64,000 nt of DNA. It comes from Leptogorgia sarmentosa. Taxonomy: Eukaryota. Made by a program: the position numbers and the translations under genes. This document shows positions 58,702-64,000 of the stretch, one piece after another. The stretch lies in assembly GCA_964658305.1 (NCBI GenBank), contig OZ210885.1:3658001-3722000 (forward strand), read 5' to 3'. The notes beneath the pieces were generated by a model, which saw only the letters and a program-made list of their open reading frames with translations, had not been told where the DNA came from and ran no database searches. The first letter of the stretch is position 1, and every line of letters starts with the position of its first letter.

Positions 58702-59976
58702 ATGTGTCGCACAATTTAAGGCGATGCTCCTCTGCATATAAATTGTTTCATTTGGGATTGTTTGATATTTTTTTATTGTTGTTGGATGTTGTTTCAATAA
58801 ATTGTAAATATTATTAAATCAGAAACAATGTTTTTCTCATGACTGAGACCTATTTCAGTGGTTGTTGAACTTTCGACGTGTCAAACGGTCAACGGTGATA
58901 GAAATGCAATCAAAACAAACATTTAGCTCATTACCATTAGATTCGAATCACGAAAAGTTCAATGTCCGAACTTGGCCATAGGGCGAGAAAATTAATTGAG
59001 CAACGAAAACGTTTTGTGAACTGAAGAGCTTTCAGTGTCATACAATAAGTAAGAAGGGAAACAATTTCTGGTTTCAAGCTTTTAAAAATACTGTATATTT
59101 GATCAACTGTGATAATAAGAATATATAGAAACAAATTTCTACGCAATAGTAACTGATCACTTGGAGTGATTGTTCTAGCAAAAGCATTTCAGCATTAACT
59201 CAAAACAAGAATAATGATTTTCTTGTTCCAAGAAATTTACTTACAATTAATAATGAATTTGTTTTTGGACAAAAATTTACTAGAAATAACAAGTTGGATT
59301 TTCCCCAGAAATTTCCCGAAGTGGAAGTCAAATCCGTTCTGCCCAATGCGCAGCGGTTCTGCGCATAACAAAGGTAAGTCCTGAAATTTAAAAGTTAATG
59401 TCGAAATTCCGCACTTTTCACACTTTTTCTCAATTCAACCTCAGGTTTATATTCCTTTATGAGCATGTCGCAAACAGGAACAGTGTTAGTTAGATTACCA
59501 TATTTTAATTTTGCAGTTCAAAGCTTTTGTTTACCACGCCAAGTAGACTTCCACTTTAATATTTTGTAATGTTCTTAGTAAAACAAAATGTTTTTAAAAT
59601 ACGTATTATTGCATTTGGAATTTATACTTGTTACACCAGGATTACACACTGTATTTTCAAACTTCGCAGCATTGCCTTCCCCTGAATTCTATATGTTGCA
59701 AAATAAAACCGCTCACAATTTGACAATCGAGAATTTCTTGATGTTAAGTGGAAACACGCGGGAACTTTTCCGCCATATTTTCAATATTTATATGGTTGAC
59801 TATGTTATCTCAACTTCGTCGATAATTTGCTTTTTTCTGTGATTAAACTTTGTTAAAGAGGGAAACGTTTTAATACATCTACTAAAGGAGGATCCAGGGA
59901 TACGGTGGGTGATTTTTTATTCAAATTTTACTTCGGGTTTGAAAGCGAAGACAGCCAAAAATCGCAAGCTCAAACC

Positions 59977-60852
59977 ATGCCTAGGAGAAGGGAGAGGGTG
60001 GCAAAAGATGACAAGGTCGATGCAGAAGAGAAAACTTACGAGTGCGATGCCTGTAAGAAAATGTTTACTCAACGTGGTAGCCTAACAAGGCATAAAAGAT
60101 CACACACAGGAGAAAAACCATATGAATGTAATGTTTGTAACAAGAGGTTTAATCGCTCTGGTAGCTTAGCACTACATAAAAGAACACACACAGGAGAAAA
60201 ACCTTATGAATGTGATGTTTGCAATAATAGGTTTAATCGCTCTGGTAGCTTAGCAATACATAAAAGGACCCACACAGGAGAAAAACCTTATGAATGTGAT
60301 GTCTGCAACAAGAGGTTTAATCGCTCTGGTAACTTATCAAAACATAAAAGAACCCACACAGGAGAAAAACCTTATGAATGTGATGTCTGCAACAAGAGGT
60401 TTAATCAATCTAGTAACTTAGCAAGACATAAACTAACCCACACAGGAGAGAACCAAAATTTTCAGTGTGCTGTATGCAAGACAATATTTACAGAGGAACA
60501 AAGTTTGCAACTTCATAAGGAATCACATTTTAAGAATGGTGAGCTTGTATTATGCAGCATTTGTGGCAGAGAAATAATCCAATCTGATGTCCAAAGACAT
60601 GGAAATGAGGCTTTGAGTAATGATGATTATGGTTGTGATAAATGCGACGAACAGTTCCCTGATGTTCAAAGTTTAAGCCAACACAAGAGCAATGGGCATG
60701 GCATTTTATACAAATGTGATGTGTGTCAAGAATTAGAAGCAACAGAAGCAACTGGCATTGGATATATCTATTGTATTTGCGATGCAGAGTTTGAAATTGC
60801 AGTTGATCTCGAAAATCATATCATTACACATGAAAATGTACTGGAAGACTAA
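59977..60852 (+). CDS. C2H2 zinc finger protein, tandem paralog (291 aa)
   Basis: ATG at 59977 aligns with the paralog start (the ORF-track start at 59905 is a GTG); same architecture with a different last ~8 aa and 3' flank. Confidence 0.92.
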   Translation: MPRRRERVAKDDKVDAEEKTYECDACKKMFTQRGSLTRHKRSHTGEKPYECNVCNKRFNRSGSLALHKRTHTGEKPYECDVCNNRFNRSGSLAIHKRTHTGEKPYECDVCNKRFNRSGNLSKHKRTHTGEKPYECDVCNKRFNQSSNLARHKLTHTGENQNFQCAVCKTIFTEEQSLQLHKESHFKNGELVLCSICGREIIQSDVQRHGNEALSNDDYGCDKCDEQFPDVQSLSQHKSNGHGILYKCDVCQELEATEATGIGYIYCICDAEFEIAVDLENHIITHENVLED

Positions 60853-61598
60853 GTGATTATATTACGTGAGTGGTTTTATCTTGAAAGTGACGTGAGATAC
60901 ACAAAATCGTAGATGGGCTCATGACGTAACATGATAATATGGGGTTAAACATACTTCAATGGCATGTTGCTTTAAAATTAGTTTTCGCGTAAAATTGTTT
61001 TAACTTTTTTGAAATGTCTTTGGATACTTTGAGAGCAACACTTTGTCGAAATAGTAAAACATTCACTTTGAGAAATTCAATGTAAAAAAAACATGAAACA
61101 CGTTAGTTGCTGATACTAAAGACTCTCCCAAAAAAACGGAACCTTTATAAATAATTATTTATTCATGATTATTTGTTCGCTTTGTTGTATTACGGTACTT
61201 TTATCGTGCTTATACTGTGGACAAAAATATGAAATCCCTGGGGCACAGAAATATGAAGTTCGTCAAACTAATGCGAATAATAATTACGTATATTATTGTG
61301 AATGAAAACTTAATAGAATGCATAATTAATTTATGCAAGTTCCGTTTTTTTGGGACACCCTGTATATAATTTCAAATTTCTAGATCTAGAGTTCGTGTTA
61401 GCAATTGGGTTGGTGTAAGGTTGCAATTGAATTGGATTAATATTAATGTTGGGTTAGAATTAGGATTAGTTTCAGGATTGGAATCAATTTGAGATTTTGA
61501 TCAGAAATATAATAAAAAAGTGAAATTTAATGTCCGAAAATAGAGAAATTTTGAAGGTGTACATATAATTTCACATGCACTGCATGATTGTTTTTTAT

Positions 61599-61890
61599 AT
61601 CAACAAGCAGCGAAAGTTCTACTCATTACCTAAACGATACAATAAGATTCAAACTTCAATATGTGGCCAGTATAGGTAGTGGATAACAACATCAACAAGC
61701 AGCAAAGGTTCAACTCAATACCTAAACGATACAATAAGATTCAAAATTGAATATATTACCAGTGTAGGTAGCGGATGACAACATCAACAAGCAGCAAAAG
61801 TTCTACTCACTACTTAAACGATACAATAAGATTCAAACTTCAATATGTGGCCAGTGTAGGTAGTGAATAACAACATCAACAAGCAGAAAA
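61599..61890. repeat. 92-bp tandem repeat x3.2
   Basis: atcaacaagcag recurs at 61599, 61691, 61783 and 61875; decayed relatives at ~19578-19640 and ~38080-38325. Confidence 0.88.
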
Positions 61891-62324
61891 AGCATTTTGC
61901 TCACTAACACAAAAACATTTTAATTTGTAGATTTTAGAAGCAGCAGACAAGATTGGCGCGACAGATATGAAGAAACAGGCGCTCATGTTTAATTGCGCAA
62001 GAATTTATCCACCGAACTTTAACTACTGGATTTATCATCGTTTTCAATTCAGTCACGCAACGCAATAAAATTTGACAATGGCAATATAAAAACGTCGTGG
62101 TATCAGGAAACGCAACGGCGTAGTATAAAAGGCGTGATTTTCCCATCGTTGTGAAATTAATCCGGCATTAAACGCAATCCAGTATAGTGGGCACACAAAA
62201 TTTTCGCCTTGGTATTATTATGAAAACAATATTGTTCATTGTATGCACTCTTAGTATAATGGACCTTTTAGACCAAGTTTTAAAACAATTTGAAATAAGA
62301 GCATCCTAAGTTTAGGAAAATTGC

Positions 62325-62558
62325 AAAGTTTGGTCGCAAAATGTTTTAAAGTAAAGAAAATATGACCTTGTGAAGTTGGCAATTTTTGTATATTTTAGCA
62401 TTATGCGCGGAGAAACGTTACCCCGTTCGAAAAAATTGTATTACATTTTCGCGCTCGGGGTAACGTTTCTCCGCGCGTAATACAAAAAATATACAAAAAT
62501 TGCCAACTTCACAAGGTCATATTTTCTTTACTTTACAACATTTTGCGACCAAATTTGA
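62325..62558. mobile_element. Palindromic core of a common MITE family (relatives at ~21040-21140, ~23540-23640, ~43400-43480)
   Basis: tttggtcgcaaaatgtt..aaagtaaagaaaatatgaccttgtgaagttggcaatttttgtatat and its reverse complement. Confidence 0.8.
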
Positions 62559-62820
62559 TTATTACGCGATAATCACCTAAACGATTTACAAAATGGCAGC
62601 CGAAGCCTTTTTGTAAATTAAATGACGAAGAAATGTGTATTTTCTTATTTTTCCCCAAATAATCACTTATGAAATTATACTAAAACAGTTATTCACCACA
62701 GGCTCGGTGATTATCGTGTATAAAAAACTCGATTTCGTCTCGGTTTTTATTCACCGATAATCACCTCGCCTTCGGCGAATAGTTGTTAAATAATAATTAT
62801 ACGCATTTATAACTTAACCT

Positions 62821-63297
62821 CATGGGCGTACGGGCCGGGGGGGGGGGCACGGGAGGGCCTGTGCCCCCCCCAAACCGTTCACGGTCGGGCAATTGAGCTC
62901 GAATCGTTCGGGCAAACATAACTCCATCATAGTTGATAGAATATTAACTTTATTAGACAATATAACATCAACAATACGATGAAAATTATTATCCTCTAAA
63001 ACATCCTATATGAAGTATTCTAATTCCAAAGCTCAAGTATTTCAGATCAAATATGTATTACATAACGAAAGAGGTATAATATGACACCTTGAAAATACCA
63101 TTTCCGACGATCTAGAGACCCATAATATTTAAAATTTTCTCGCTCGGCGCCAACCATGGTGGCGCCTCGTGAGCTTCGCCCTCCCTCTTATCTGTCACCT
63201 TCCCCCCCCCCCCCCCCACTTCAAATGTCGTTCCACAGGTCCTGTCGAGCAAACAACAATGTGCGCCCCCAAACAAGATAGGGCCCATACGCCCATG
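62821..63297. mobile_element. hAT-like MITE with ggcgccaaccatggtggcgcc core
   Basis: catgggcgtacgggcc ... ggcccatacgcccatg TIRs; the core at ~63131-63172 matches ~13642-13682; TSD imperfect. Confidence 0.82.
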
Positions 63298-64000
63298 CCT
63301 AAACCTAAGTCGTATATTGCGATCCTGATTTAAGAAGAAGCGGGCTTTTTAGCTTGTTTTATGCACCTGTAATGACAAATTAAACTAGACTTCCTTGCCT
63401 TGCAATGCCATGCAGGTACTTCTTTGTTTTCAAACAGCAAAATTATAAACTATATATAACGAACTGAATATTTATGTTGAATGAATATATCGACAAAACA
63501 ACGGCTATCAAACACATTTACATGAAGTTTAAATTCTTATTTTATCTCATGACTATCGCTTTAACTGTTCAGTATTGTATTAGATTAAAGTATTGTTCAG
63601 CATTGTATTAAATTCCTGTCAAAGTTGTTTTTGGTAATTTTTTAATGAACTAAATCAAATCACTTTATATATATTAATTACATTCATCATTCACAGTTAA
63701 AAGGTATACACCTTTAAAATCAAAGATTGTTCGCATCTATAACTTACTAATGTCTTTTATTTCCTCTAAAACGACTGACAATGACCAAGCAATTATTAAA
63801 TGTGGTTATGCTTGTGTCTATATACACTTACTGAATATAACAGCCGTTCCTAGTGTGATTCAAAGGAAAAAAATGAAATTTAGCACTATTAGTGGCAACA
63901 GTTGACGAAATAATTTTAGTACAAAAGGCTGCACAAGTAAAGTAGAAACAAGTGAGATGTCATGGCAACCACATAAACGTTTCAAAATATTTGCTTGGGT

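Overview
AT-rich animal genomic DNA with GT-AG introns and dense non-autonomous DNA transposons; the repeat and gene content suggests a cnidarian, possibly an octocoral (inference only). Supported intact genes: (1) a minus-strand gene, not assembled by the ORF track, encoding a 105-aa secreted prepropeptide with a signal peptide, an acidic pro-piece ending in X-Ala/X-Pro dipeptides and a 57-aa Arg/Ser/Gly-rich cationic peptide ending YYYK-G (CDS 8447-8347 + 7618-7402), which is the best candidate for an undescribed system; (2) a 15-coding-exon, 600-aa SLC5 sodium:solute symporter of the SMCT/SMVT type (31315-40398); (3) two tandem intronless Cys-rich single-pass membrane protein genes (Shisa/CYYR1-like); (4) a tandem C2H2 zinc-finger cluster of two intact genes and one broken copy, diverged mainly at DNA-contact residues. 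The first ~24 kb also holds scattered stop-containing minus-strand exons; those below ~12.3 kb follow dynein heavy-chain domain order. Mobile elements include Tc1/mariner-, hAT-, MULE-, Kolobok-, Harbinger- and EnSpm/CMC-type elements (several with readable target-site duplications and nesting), LINE fragments and an LTR remnant. No rRNA, tRNA or CRISPR array was recognised. Family assignments are by eye; no searches were run.
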